A stretch of DNA of 54,910 bases from an uncultured Gammaproteobacteria bacterium (GTDB taxonomy: Bacteria > Patescibacteriota > Microgenomatia > JALYQM01): NCBI GenBank assembly GCA_964525495.1, contig CAZGHS010000009.1, positions 1 through 54,910 of the forward strand, given 5' to 3'. The notes beneath the pieces were generated by a model that saw only the letters and a list, made by a program, of their open reading frames with translations, was not told where the DNA came from and made no database searches. This document shows positions 1-9,192 of the stretch, piece after piece. The position numbers were made by a program, and so were the translations under genes. Position 1 is the first letter of the stretch. Each line of letters begins with the position of its first letter.

Positions 1-14
1 TATATATTTTAGGG

Positions 15-926
15 TTGCTTGTTATCTGCTTGGCACTGTTTCCTGGTTATTCTTATTATAGGCACGCTTCGTACCAGTCGATTCGACCTGCGTATCGGGA
101 TTTACCTGCGTTTTTTGTAAACCGAGACTTTGCGTTGTATCCTGCTCGAGTGGGTGAGGTTGGCCCTCCTGACTTGAGTGCTGAAGGAGTATTCGTGATC
201 GATGTGGACTCGGCTGTACCGATTTACGAAAAAAATTCAAATAAGATTCTGTATCCTGCATCTACGACCAAAATGATGACTGCACTTGTCGCGAGAGATT
301 TATATGATTTGGATGATGTTGTGACCGTTCCTGAAGCCACGTATTCTGGTTCGACCATGAAGTTATTCCCACGAGAGCGAATTACAGTGCGTAGTCTGTT
401 GTACGGTTTGTTGATTAATTCTGGAAATGATGCCGCCGAGGTGTTGGCCGCTCATCATCCTGGTGGGAGAGAAGGTTTTCTTAATGAGATGAATAATAAG
501 GCACAAGGAATAGGGTTGCGCTCTACTACGTTTAAAAACCCTTCCGGGCTACCTGAGTCTGGTCATGAATCTAGTGCCTGGGATTTGGGACAAATCGCCG
601 TGCTTGCTATGCGCGATGAGACAATTCGATCAATAGTGCGCCAACAGGAGTTGACAGTGTATGGACTCGGCGGTGAACGACATGTTTTGAAAACAACTAA
701 CAAATTGCTGGGTACTATTCCTGGTTTAGACGGAGTAAAAACCGGATATACAGATGAGGCAGGTGAAGTGCTCGTGTCCTCTGTTATGCGAAACAATCAT
801 CGAGTTATTGTTGTCCTCCTTAAGAGTAAGGATCGATTTGCAGAGACTCGTTCGATTGTAGACTGGGTATTTCGTAATCACGAATGGACGAGTGTGGAAC
901 CCTCGGAACGATTATTGAACCGGTGA
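15..926 (+). CDS. D-alanyl-D-alanine carboxypeptidase (peptidase S11, low-MW PBP)
   Basis: 303-aa ORF with serine-PBP motifs SxxK (ASTTKMM), SxN (NSGND) and KTG (VKTGYT). It has an N-terminal hydrophobic anchor. The TTG start lies at the window edge, so the true start is uncertain. Confidence 0.8.
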   Translation: MLVICLALFPGYSYYRHASYQSIRPAYRDLPAFFVNRDFALYPARVGEVGPPDLSAEGVFVIDVDSAVPIYEKNSNKILYPASTTKMMTALVARDLYDLDDVVTVPEATYSGSTMKLFPRERITVRSLLYGLLINSGNDAAEVLAAHHPGGREGFLNEMNNKAQGIGLRSTTFKNPSGLPESGHESSAWDLGQIAVLAMRDETIRSIVRQQELTVYGLGGERHVLKTTNKLLGTIPGLDGVKTGYTDEAGEVLVSSVMRNNHRVIVVLLKSKDRFAETRSIVDWVFRNHEWTSVEPSERLLNR

Positions 927-2060
927 TGAATAGCTTGCTGCAGGAACAATGGCGCGGAAGAGAAACTTACTATCATCTACTTTGTCGCCTTCAAAGACCC
1001 AGACTGGCTGAATATATTTTGCTGGAATCTCTGGTTCAAAATATGCCATATATACTTTGCGGACGTTAAAATTATCGCCTTGATTCACCGCGTTTAAGAT
1101 GTACCCTTTGCCTGCTTGTAATTCTTGCCATGCTTGAAGTGTTGGTTTAAGAGGATAGATACCCTGATCTTGTATCGGGAGTTTTCCAGGTTCTTCATCG
1201 ATTGGCCAGAAGATGATTTTGCCATAAAGAAGTCGATACTGCTTTTGATTAGGATTACTCGATCCACTGGAAGTTATTCCCGTATATGCAAATTTAATGA
1301 GCGAATCTTCAGTTGATGAGGAAATGAGCGGCGTGCCGTTTAGAGGAGGGCGAGTCATGTTTAGTATGGTTATATTTGCTTGCGGTTGCGTGCTGACTTC
1401 CTGTTGCTCGCCTGAAGCTGGTTGTACATACGTATATGACGGTCGAATCATCATAGTGTCAAGGATTTTTCTGTTAGATCTTAAAATGTCGGGACGTACC
1501 GTGTTTATAAAAGTTTTTGCCAAGTTTTCTGCGTCTTTGGCTGTTGGAGACGATCCTATTTCGAGTGATACGTAACTTGTTAAATTCTCGTATTTATATT
1601 CGATGTTGTCGTACACGTAATGGAACGTCATTCGCTGATTTTGGTCTGCAGGATTTATGAAGAGGAATGTAGTGTCTGAGTTTTGTTCCTGTTGGGCACC
1701 TTCTAGACCAGCATTGTCAGCAGCTGCTTTGGCACGTTGTGCGTAATCTAGTCCCGCACCTTTTTGTGGAATTGGATACACATATGCAGTTTTGGTTGCT
1801 TCTTTTGGAATCTGTCCGTCTACCGTTTCTAAGTTAAAAGTGACACCGGAGCTGAGTGTTGGTTTTTGGGCGAATTGTAAATTCTCCAGTACACCAAATG
1901 TTACATTGACTATGGGGGAAGGTGATGCTTTTTTGGTACAACATGCTTCGTAGGAATATCTTCCTAAATTGTATATGAGAACAACTCCGACGAGTCCAAA
2001 TATGACAAAGATACCGTATTGTCTGATACCGTATGAAAGTTGGGAGAGCTGCGTGGACAT
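912..2060 (-). CDS. hypothetical membrane-anchored extracytoplasmic protein
   Basis: 382-aa ORF with one N-terminal TM helix (IFVIFGLVGVVLIY) followed by a soluble domain. I recognise no motif. It has a 15-nt convergent overlap with the PBP ORF. Confidence 0.5.
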   Translation of the reverse strand: MSTQLSQLSYGIRQYGIFVIFGLVGVVLIYNLGRYSYEACCTKKASPSPIVNVTFGVLENLQFAQKPTLSSGVTFNLETVDGQIPKEATKTAYVYPIPQKGAGLDYAQRAKAAADNAGLEGAQQEQNSDTTFLFINPADQNQRMTFHYVYDNIEYKYENLTSYVSLEIGSSPTAKDAENLAKTFINTVRPDILRSNRKILDTMMIRPSYTYVQPASGEQQEVSTQPQANITILNMTRPPLNGTPLISSSTEDSLIKFAYTGITSSGSSNPNQKQYRLLYGKIIFWPIDEEPGKLPIQDQGIYPLKPTLQAWQELQAGKGYILNAVNQGDNFNVRKVYMAYFEPEIPAKYIQPVWVFEGDKVDDSKFLFRAIVPAASYSSPVQ

Positions 2061-2115
2061 AATCTTCCTTTCAAATCCATTTTAAGTATACGAATCCGTA
2101 TGATAAAATGCAAAC

Positions 2116-3543
2116 ATGGTTAGAACACGAATAGCCCCTTCACCAACAGGTTTTCCACATATTGGAACTATATATCAAGTGCTTTTTGACTATGCTGTCG
2201 CGCATAAAGCGAATGGTCAATTTGTATTTCGTCTCGAGGATACAGATCGAGCCCGTTTGGTCGATGGTGCTGAAGAAGCTGTCTATGAGAGTTTGGCTTG
2301 GTTCGGTTTGAATCCTGATGAGAGTCCCGTGGTAGGTGGACCTTGTGGACCATATCGACAATCTGAGAGACTTGATATTTATCGACCGTATGTAGATGAA
2401 CTGATTGTGAAAGGTCATGCGTATCACTGTTTTTGTACTAAAGAGCGTTTGGAAGAGATGCGCAAGCAGCAGGAAATAGAGCATAAACCTCCGATGTACG
2501 ACAGGTTGTGTCGGGGATTGTCAGCAGAGGAAATAAAAAAGAACTTAGATGCTGGCATGGCGTATGTTGTGCGTATGAAAGTACCGGATGGTGAGGTATT
2601 GGCTTTTGATGATGTTATTGCTGGTCATATTGAATTTAAGAGCGAACTGATCGATGACCAGGTTTTGCTTAAAACTGACGGTTTTCCTACATATCATATG
2701 GCTGTAGTGGTCGATGATCATTTGATGAAGATCACTCATATCTTGCGTGGTAAAGAGTGGATTTCTTCAACTCCTAAACATGTATTGCTCTATCGATTTT
2801 TTGGATGGGATATGCCGATCCATGCACATTTGCCTTTGATTCTTAATTCGGATGGTAAGGGGAAATTGTCAAAGCGACATGGTCATTCATCGGTTAATTA
2901 TTATCGGGAGCGAGGATATTTGCCTGAAGCGATTTTGAACTATATGTCTTTGATCGTCTGGAATCATCCAGAGAAAAAAGAGATTTATGGTTTGGACGAG
3001 TTTGTGAATTTATTTGAGATATCTGGTATTACTTCTCAGGGTCCACGGTTTGATTTGGCAAAGCTTGATTGGGTGAACGGACAGTGGATCCGGACAATGC
3101 TGACGGATTCAGACTTAATACAAAGAATTAAAGCGTATTCAAAGTATTCTGTCGAACAAATTGAAAGGGTTTTGCCTTTAGTAAAAGAGCGTTTAGTGCG
3201 ACTTGATGAGTTTGATGAATTAGTTGCGTTCTTTTTTAATGACGTCGAAGCTTACGATTCTAGTTTGTTAATTCCTAAGAATAAGAGTGCAGCGGATGTT
3301 AAAGATGTTTTGCCCACAATTATTGAGCGGCTTGATGTGATGTCGACATGGACACATGCTGATTTGGAATCTGCTTTGCGTGGGATAGTAGAGGAAAAGG
3401 GATGGAAGGTTGGAGAGTTGTTTATGGTCGTGCGTGTTGCGGTGACTGGTAGAACAGCTACTCCTCCGTTGTTTGAGACAATGGAAGTTATTGGTAAACC
3501 TGAATGTTTAGTTCGTCTTCGAAATTCGCTTTCACTTGTATAG
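2116..3543 (+). CDS. gltX: glutamate--tRNA ligase
   Basis: 475 aa. The N-terminus RIAPSPTGFPHIGT carries the HIGH motif and KLSKRHG the KMSKS motif. The overall class-I GluRS layout is present. Confidence 0.93.
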   Translation: MVRTRIAPSPTGFPHIGTIYQVLFDYAVAHKANGQFVFRLEDTDRARLVDGAEEAVYESLAWFGLNPDESPVVGGPCGPYRQSERLDIYRPYVDELIVKGHAYHCFCTKERLEEMRKQQEIEHKPPMYDRLCRGLSAEEIKKNLDAGMAYVVRMKVPDGEVLAFDDVIAGHIEFKSELIDDQVLLKTDGFPTYHMAVVVDDHLMKITHILRGKEWISSTPKHVLLYRFFGWDMPIHAHLPLILNSDGKGKLSKRHGHSSVNYYRERGYLPEAILNYMSLIVWNHPEKKEIYGLDEFVNLFEISGITSQGPRFDLAKLDWVNGQWIRTMLTDSDLIQRIKAYSKYSVEQIERVLPLVKERLVRLDEFDELVAFFFNDVEAYDSSLLIPKNKSAADVKDVLPTIIERLDVMSTWTHADLESALRGIVEEKGWKVGELFMVVRVAVTGRTATPPLFETMEVIGKPECLVRLRNSLSLV

Positions 3544-3948
3544 TTAGTTGTTCACACAGGCGTGGATTTTAGTACCGTTTTGATCGTAGTCGTAACAGCC
3601 ATTTGCATCAAGTTCTACTTCTTTGCCATTTAATTTGGCATATCGTTTTCCGTTGCGTGAAACGATCTCAACATTTGTTCCATTTGAACTAATGTTTATA
3701 TCTGTGTTTGAGTTAATTGTGGTCTCCGACTTTACTTCAGCTTTGGCTGATTGTGTTGGCTTTGGTGAAGGTGTCTTTGTGGCGGTTGGTGCTGCAGTGG
3801 TCGTTGGATTTGGTGATGCAGATGGTGTTGATGTAGGACTTGCGGTGGGTGATGGAGCAGGTGTGCCTACGGATGTTTGCACCTGTGCTGTGCAGGCTGT
3901 TAGTCCGAATAATGTTACTAATGAGAGTGCTGTAATCTTATTCTTCAT
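3544..3948 (-). CDS. lipoprotein with Pro/Thr/Ser-rich linker
   Basis: 134 aa with a signal peptide and lipobox (LFGLTAC). A low-complexity linker (PAPSPTASPTSTPSASPNPTTTAAPTATKTPSPKPT) is followed by a small Cys-containing C-terminal domain. Confidence 0.6.
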   Translation of the reverse strand: MKNKITALSLVTLFGLTACTAQVQTSVGTPAPSPTASPTSTPSASPNPTTTAAPTATKTPSPKPTQSAKAEVKSETTINSNTDINISSNGTNVEIVSRNGKRYAKLNGKEVELDANGCYDYDQNGTKIHACVNN

Positions 3949-3993
3949 CTCTTTACTCTAACATAATTAGAGCTAATTTTGAAGTGAGAAATC

Positions 3994-5106
3994 CTATCCT
4001 ACCCAGACAAAGTTTGTGAACTTGTTAATGAAAGTAAGCTGTATTGCGGCGAATATGAAGAGGATGATTCCTATAATATATTTACTCGGTATGAATCTAC
4101 TCATTGCGAAGAATATAGGAAATGCCAAGTAAACGTAGCGGGCCATACTTGTTGTGCTGCCGGTAGCGAGAGGTACGAGTATAATGCCAAATGAGTAGAT
4201 CCAGTACTGTCTGGGGAATGTTTTGATCATGGTTGCTGCGAATATGAGAAAAATTACAGAGAAAGCCCAGTTGTATGTGTCTTCATTTACTCCGTCGGTG
4301 CTGAGAGTGTTAATTGATGGAAGAATGGTGAATTTTTCGTAGAGAGTTTGGAGTGGAAATGTAAGTGTGCAGTTATTGTTGATTTCGCACCAATGTTTTT
4401 GCGCTACAGAGAAGTAGAGAGGGTTGTTGTAGTTTATTAAGAGAAATGTGCAATACATGAGTAGACCGATAAAACTGATAAGAACAAGTGGAATCCGTCT
4501 TAGTAACGGTATTGGCAACACGGCGAAAATTGCAGGCATAATGATTCCAACTAAGCGAGTGGCAGATGTGAGCCCACCGGTGAGTGCTGCTGCTAAGTAC
4601 TGCTTTTTCTCAATAAAGTAGAAACTGAGTAGTGAGAGGACTAGAAAAACTGACTCAGTATATCCTGCGTGGAGGAATATTGCTGCTGGAAATGTGATGA
4701 AGAGAAGGAGCGCGGCCTTTGCTTGAGGAAGGCTGAGGAGGCGTTTGGCTATGTCGTAGAAAAGAATGCAGGTAGCTAGTCCTAAAATGAAGGTGAGAAT
4801 ATAGCTTGAGAGTTCAGTATTGCCTGTAATAAACGAGCCTAGATGGATGAGAAAAGGCCAGGCGGGAAAGAAGTTCTCAAGAGGATAGACATATCCATTG
4901 GTTGCGATATTTAAATAATGACCTGCGTCCCAATAATTGCTCCATGAGGTGAAAAGGCGTTCAGAGAGTGTATCAGAAAAGTGGGATGTGGCAATGCTGG
5001 GCTGAAGAATGATTTGATAAAGGAAAATTAGTGCTCGCCAAATGAGAAATACGGCAATAGGGAAGCGGTGGTTTCGTAAAAATGATTGAATACGGGAATT
5101 TGCCAT
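3994..5106 (-). CDS. polytopic GT-C-type glycosyltransferase (PIG-V/mannosyltransferase-like)
   Basis: 370 aa with many TM segments. WDAGHYLNIATNGY...FFPAWPF resembles the first-loop signature of PIG-V-type GT-C mannosyltransferases. This is recalled from the family, not searched. Confidence 0.55.
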   Translation of the reverse strand: MANSRIQSFLRNHRFPIAVFLIWRALIFLYQIILQPSIATSHFSDTLSERLFTSWSNYWDAGHYLNIATNGYVYPLENFFPAWPFLIHLGSFITGNTELSSYILTFILGLATCILFYDIAKRLLSLPQAKAALLLFITFPAAIFLHAGYTESVFLVLSLLSFYFIEKKQYLAAALTGGLTSATRLVGIIMPAIFAVLPIPLLRRIPLVLISFIGLLMYCTFLLINYNNPLYFSVAQKHWCEINNNCTLTFPLQTLYEKFTILPSINTLSTDGVNEDTYNWAFSVIFLIFAATMIKTFPRQYWIYSFGIILVPLATGSTTSMARYVYLAFPIFFAMSRFIPSKYIIGIILFIFAAIQLTFINKFTNFVWVG

Positions 5107-5179
5107 ATAATGGCCATTTTAACACAGATAGGCATGTAAAATGTGGTTTTTTGTGTTAAAATAGGAAGGAATTTGATAC

Positions 5180-5250
5180 TGCCAGATGGTGAAATGGTAT
5201 CACAACGGACTCTGAATCCGTTTTTCTAGGTTCGAATCCTAGTCTGGCAA
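5180..5250 (+). tRNA. tRNA-Gln (anticodon CUG)
   Basis: Cloverleaf folded by eye. Acceptor stem TGCCAGA/TCTGGCA (U1-A72), D stem GTGA/TCAC, anticodon stem ACGGA/TCCGT with loop CTCTGAA, T arm CTAGG-TTCGAAT-CCTAG. No CCA is encoded. Confidence 0.85.
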
Positions 5251-5289
5251 CAACATAAGTTCTATAACTTCAACTATAACGAAACCGGA

Positions 5290-5700
5290 ATGAATAAAAT
5301 CACTGTAGAAACTATTATTAACGCTCCTGTATCAAAAGTATGGGATTATTGGAATCAGCCAGAGCATATTACTCAGTGGGCGTTTGCCTCTGATGATTGG
5401 GAAGCACCGGCTGCTGAAAATGATGTGCGCGTTGGTGGAAAATTCAAAACCACCATGGCTGCCAAGGATAAGAGCGAAATTTTTGACTTTGCTGGTACCT
5501 ATTCTGCAGTGCAAGAACATTCGCTTATTGAATACGATATGGAAGATGGTAGGCATGTAAAGATTGAGTTTCAGACAGCACCAGAGGGTGTGAAGGTCAT
5601 CGAGACTTTTGATCCGGAAAACGAAAATCCTGAGGATATGCAGCGAGCTGGTTGGCAAGCAATTTTAGATAATTTTAAGAAACACGTTGAGAGTAACTAA
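5290..5700 (+). CDS. SRPBCC-fold protein (AHSA1/Aha1-domain family)
   Basis: 136 aa. The N-terminus ITVETIINAPVSKVWDYWNQPEHITQW is typical of the Activator-of-Hsp90-ATPase-homolog/START-like family. Confidence 0.7.
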   Translation: MNKITVETIINAPVSKVWDYWNQPEHITQWAFASDDWEAPAAENDVRVGGKFKTTMAAKDKSEIFDFAGTYSAVQEHSLIEYDMEDGRHVKIEFQTAPEGVKVIETFDPENENPEDMQRAGWQAILDNFKKHVESN

Positions 5701-5709
5701 ACTGTTAGT

Positions 5710-6342
5710 ATGAGTAAAATCCTTTTATTCGATTTTGATGGCACTCTTGCGAATTCGTACGAAAATTTTCTTTATATAGTTCATGAGCTTTCTTTGAAGT
5801 ATAAATTGCCGTTGTTGTCTCGTGAAGAGTTGGAAAATCTGCGGTCTGAGGATGCGCGGACTTTAGTTAAACGTTTGAAGATACCTTTTTACTTATTGCC
5901 ATTTCTTGGTCGAGATATGAAGCAGTTGCAAGCTCAGGCAATATCCGAGATTAAACCATATACTGGTTTGCCAGAAGCCTTACATGAGTTGAGAAGTTTG
6001 GGTTATACCTTGGGAGTGTTAACTTCGAATGCGAGAGATAATGTCACGGCCTTTATTACAAGTAATAATATTGATATTTTCGACTATATTTATAGTGACA
6101 GCAGTATCTTTGGAAAAGATAAAGTGCTGCGCAAATTTCTGAATGAACGGTCGGTTACAAAAGAAGATGTGCTTTATATTGGTGATGAGATACGGGATAT
6201 TCAGGCATGCCAAAAAGTCGGAATAAAGATTGCGTCTGTCACTTGGGGATTTAACTCCAAAAGTGGACTTTTAAATCATCATCCCGACTATTGTGTAGAT
6301 TCTCCACAAGCGTTAGTCGAATTAGTTCACCGTGCTTTTTAA
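5710..6342 (+). CDS. HAD-superfamily hydrolase (phosphoglycolate phosphatase-like)
   Basis: 210 aa with HAD motif I (FDFDGTL), motif II (LTSN) and motif IV (GDEIRD). Confidence 0.75.
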   Translation: MSKILLFDFDGTLANSYENFLYIVHELSLKYKLPLLSREELENLRSEDARTLVKRLKIPFYLLPFLGRDMKQLQAQAISEIKPYTGLPEALHELRSLGYTLGVLTSNARDNVTAFITSNNIDIFDYIYSDSSIFGKDKVLRKFLNERSVTKEDVLYIGDEIRDIQACQKVGIKIASVTWGFNSKSGLLNHHPDYCVDSPQALVELVHRAF

Positions 6343-6665
6343 AGACTTGTCGGTGAGGGTGATGCTGTACTTGTATTAGTCGGTGATGCACTTGCAGCTG
6401 GTGTACTGCTTGCTGATGCTTTAGGCGTTGGACTTGCTGTCGGTGTAGCAGTTTTTTGTACAACTGGAACTGGTGATCGAGTTGGTGCAACTGATGGGCT
6501 TGCTGACGCAGTTTGAGTAGGTGATGCTGTCATTGTTGCTTCCATTGATGGTGATGGGCTTGGAGAAGCTGTAGAGCTTGCACCCATGTAATAAGAAGAT
6601 AATCCTACTACTAATATGATAAGTAATGATCCGCCGATAAGAATGATTTTTTTATTGTTGTTCAT
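6339..6665 (-). CDS. membrane-anchored Ser/Pro/Thr/Ala-rich protein
   Basis: The start is trimmed to MNNNKKIILIGGSLLIILVV, which forms the TM anchor. The rest is low-complexity ASPSPS/TASPTP sequence. It has a 4-nt convergent overlap with the HAD gene. Confidence 0.5.
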   Translation of the reverse strand: MNNNKKIILIGGSLLIILVVGLSSYYMGASSTASPSPSPSMEATMTASPTQTASASPSVAPTRSPVPVVQKTATPTASPTPKASASSTPAASASPTNTSTASPSPTSL

Positions 6666-6759
6666 ATGATTTTTAAATAATGTTATACAAGTAATGTTAG
6701 ATTTAACAATAGCGCCTCTATAAAGCAACGTCAAGGGTTACGTTTGATATACTTCCCTT

Positions 6760-7398
6760 ATGATCACTACAATAATTTTTGATATGGACGGAGTGTTGCT
6801 TAAGAGTATTCCTATTCATTTCCAAGCATGGAAGAGATTGCTTACTCCATATTTTGAACTTTCACGAGAGGATTTTAATCAATATATTGGTAAGTCTACC
6901 GCGGATACATTTTCGGCACTTCAGAAAATTCATGGTTTTAATCTGGATGCCGATGATTTTGAAAAACGAAAAGATAAAGTGTACGCGGAGCTAACTAAAG
7001 ATATTATGTTGTATCCGTATGTGATCTCGGTGCTTGAAAATTTACAAAAAACTTCATTGAAGCGCGGTGTAGCGACTTCTGAGTTACGTGAGATTGCTCA
7101 TTCGATACTCAAGACTACTGATGTGTTTAAGTATTTTTCTGTTGTTGTTGGACTTGATGGAGTACTACGCCCAAAACCATATCCCGATTTGTTTTTGAAA
7201 GCTGCTGAATTACTTGGAAGTCCTGCCGAGGAATGCTTGGTGATTGAGGATTCTCCACCGGGAATTGCTGCAGCTAAGAAAGCGGGGATGTTTGTGGTGG
7301 CAGTGACTAATAGTTTTGCGCGAGATAGGCTAAGTGAAGCCGATATTATTACGGATGACCTCCCGACGACACTTCGTGAATTAAATTTGTACTCATAG
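6760..7398 (+). CDS. HAD-superfamily hydrolase (beta-phosphoglucomutase-like subfamily IA)
   Basis: 212 aa with FDMDGVLL motif I, a cap-domain region and IEDSPPGIAAAKKAG motif IV. Confidence 0.75.
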   Translation: MITTIIFDMDGVLLKSIPIHFQAWKRLLTPYFELSREDFNQYIGKSTADTFSALQKIHGFNLDADDFEKRKDKVYAELTKDIMLYPYVISVLENLQKTSLKRGVATSELREIAHSILKTTDVFKYFSVVVGLDGVLRPKPYPDLFLKAAELLGSPAEECLVIEDSPPGIAAAKKAGMFVVAVTNSFARDRLSEADIITDDLPTTLRELNLYS

Positions 7399-7521
7399 TA
7401 TAATTATTCAAAATCGCATTAGCCTGAGGCTTGGCTTAGAGCCTACTTGGCTGATCCGATTACCGCTTGCTGTCTTTAGCAAGTGGAACATTCACAATGA
7501 GAGGTTAGAAGGAGGGTTCCA

Positions 7522-7737
7522 ATGGCTGCTGTAGTAATTCAAGGCAATAAAAAGGCACGAGCGCCAAATGGGCATAGAAAGTGCTACTGTTGTGGTAGAC
7601 ACATGCCTGCCAATCAGATGGATAAGAGAGACGGACGGTATATCTGCGGACCTACAATTATCACGGGCTGTCACAGGCGGTTGCACCGATTCGCACTAGC
7701 AGGTGAACAAACTTATGAACTTCCGGCCGATTTCTAA
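7522..7737 (+). CDS. small Cys-rich basic protein (possible zinc ribbon), hypothetical
   Basis: 71 aa. A strong SD (GAAGGAGGG) lies 6 nt upstream of the ATG. The Cys pattern is CYCC-x17-C-x7-C. The ORF is followed by a long hairpin. Confidence 0.45.
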   Translation: MAAVVIQGNKKARAPNGHRKCYCCGRHMPANQMDKRDGRYICGPTIITGCHRRLHRFALAGEQTYELPADF

Positions 7738-7743
7738 TTTACC

Positions 7744-7830
7744 CAGCGTGGTTAATTGACGGAGCGATTTAGCTTCAACGATTAATCACGCTGACTAGGT
7801 TTTCTAACCTCTTATTTTTCTTTTTTGGAT
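7744..7830 (+). terminator. hairpin(s) plus T-tract downstream of the 71-aa ORF
   Basis: CAGCGTGGTTAAT (7744-7756) pairs with ATTAATCACGCTG (7781-7793), 12 Watson-Crick pairs plus 1 G-U. A second small stem AGGTT/AACCT follows, then the T-rich run cttatttttctttttt. Confidence 0.45.
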
Positions 7831-7843
7831 TATACTAATTTTT

Positions 7844-8377
7844 ATGCATACAGAATTTGAAACAAAAGTTTTAGATATTGATGTAGATACTGTTGTAGCT
7901 AAGTTGAAATCTTTGGGAGCGACAGATTCTCCTGAGTTTTTAGCACGCAGGTATGTTTATGACTTTAGTAATGAAGCTGTGGAATGGATTCGATTGAGGC
8001 AAATAGGGAATAGGAGTACGCTGACGTATAAATATAAGGTGAGGGGAAATGTAGCGTTGGGGAAGACTGTTGAGATCGAGGTAGAGGTTTCAGATTTTGA
8101 TAAAACTGCTGAAATTATGTCAAAACTGACTTTTAAGGATGTGTTTTATCAGGAGAATAAGAGTCATATTTTTCGGCTTGATGATATTGAATTTTCTATA
8201 GATACATGGCCGATGCTGCCGACATATTTGGAAGTAGAAGCTGGTTCTATTGAACGGGTGCAAGAAGGATTGCGGATGTTGGGCTTGGAGGGAAAAGACG
8301 CGGGAGATAAGGATATTAAGATTATCTATGATGAGCGCGGAATTGATATGCATGCAAACAAAGAACTTAAGTTTTAG
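7844..8377 (+). CDS. CYTH-domain protein (CyaB-type class IV adenylate cyclase / triphosphatase family)
   Basis: 177 aa with an N-terminal ExExK motif (TEFETKV). Spaced basic/acidic beta-strand motifs (RRYVYD, IRLRQ, LTYKYK, VEIEVEV) are typical of the CYTH tunnel fold. Confidence 0.65.
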   Translation: MHTEFETKVLDIDVDTVVAKLKSLGATDSPEFLARRYVYDFSNEAVEWIRLRQIGNRSTLTYKYKVRGNVALGKTVEIEVEVSDFDKTAEIMSKLTFKDVFYQENKSHIFRLDDIEFSIDTWPMLPTYLEVEAGSIERVQEGLRMLGLEGKDAGDKDIKIIYDERGIDMHANKELKF

Positions 8378-8552
8378 GCTTTGTTTTGATTTTTATCCTA
8401 TAGTTTGTTATTATTTGTTTTAAGATTTTCTCAACGGAGAGATCGGCTCTTTACCAGCTCGCATATATTGTAGAAAGGAGTCTGGACTAAAGTCTGGATA
8501 GTCTCTTTTTTGATCTAAGGAGTAACTCTGACAACGAAAGTGAGAGATCATT

Positions 8553-8798
8553 ATGACACAAGTACCACAGCCGGCCGGAGCTTCAAAGCCAACATGGACG
8601 ATTAACATTTTTTATGGAGGTATGAAGTATATCGAGAGCTTTCCGCATGCACCTTCTTCGAATTCCTGTGCAGCTCGATTGAGGTTGCGAGGCGTGCTTC
8701 CGCAGAAGGCCAGAGTATCTTCAAAGTATGGGACAGCTCAGCAGCCGATACCACTACAAGAGGCCTTGGCGGACGGTAGTACGATCTTTCTTGAGTAG
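8553..8798 (+). CDS. hypothetical small ORF (81 aa), coding status doubtful
   Basis: ATG with only a weak GAGAG upstream. Terminator-like stems lie downstream (8814-8866, 8888-8947). I see no recognisable domain. Confidence 0.25.
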   Translation: MTQVPQPAGASKPTWTINIFYGGMKYIESFPHAPSSNSCAARLRLRGVLPQKARVSSKYGTAQQPIPLQEALADGSTIFLE

Positions 8799-9192
8799 CT
8801 TCTCCTCGTTAACGCATATTCTATTTCTAGAGTATATTAGTAGATATTTTGTGACGTAGAATATGCTTGTGCGAGTTGCCGTTCGTAGGGTTAAGAATCT
8901 AAGGAACATGTGTAAACGTGTTTTTATAGAAACTTAACCCTTTTTTTATCCTATAATATTTGATTTTTAGGTCATTTTGTGCTATAATATATCTATTCTT
9001 TTTGGCAGTTTTGCCTATTTTGAGGCTATTTCTTGTTGAGAGAATCGGAGCGTATCGCTCTTGTATTTGTTCTTTAACAGAGAGATAGCATAGATTTTTA
9101 ATTTCTCCTTTTCTTCTATGTAGTCGTCAAGAGAGCGTGGCTGATAGCCGCGTTGTCTTGGCGGCTATATTGATAGTGAAAGGACACTAGAA

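Noticed and set aside
3623-3961. + strand ORF 3623-3961 and + strand ORF 51239-51811, both Gly/Val/Ala-rich.
   Set aside because: They are reverse-complement readings of the Pro/Thr/Ala-rich linker genes. The minus-strand frames carry signal peptides, a lipobox or TM anchors and sensible starts.
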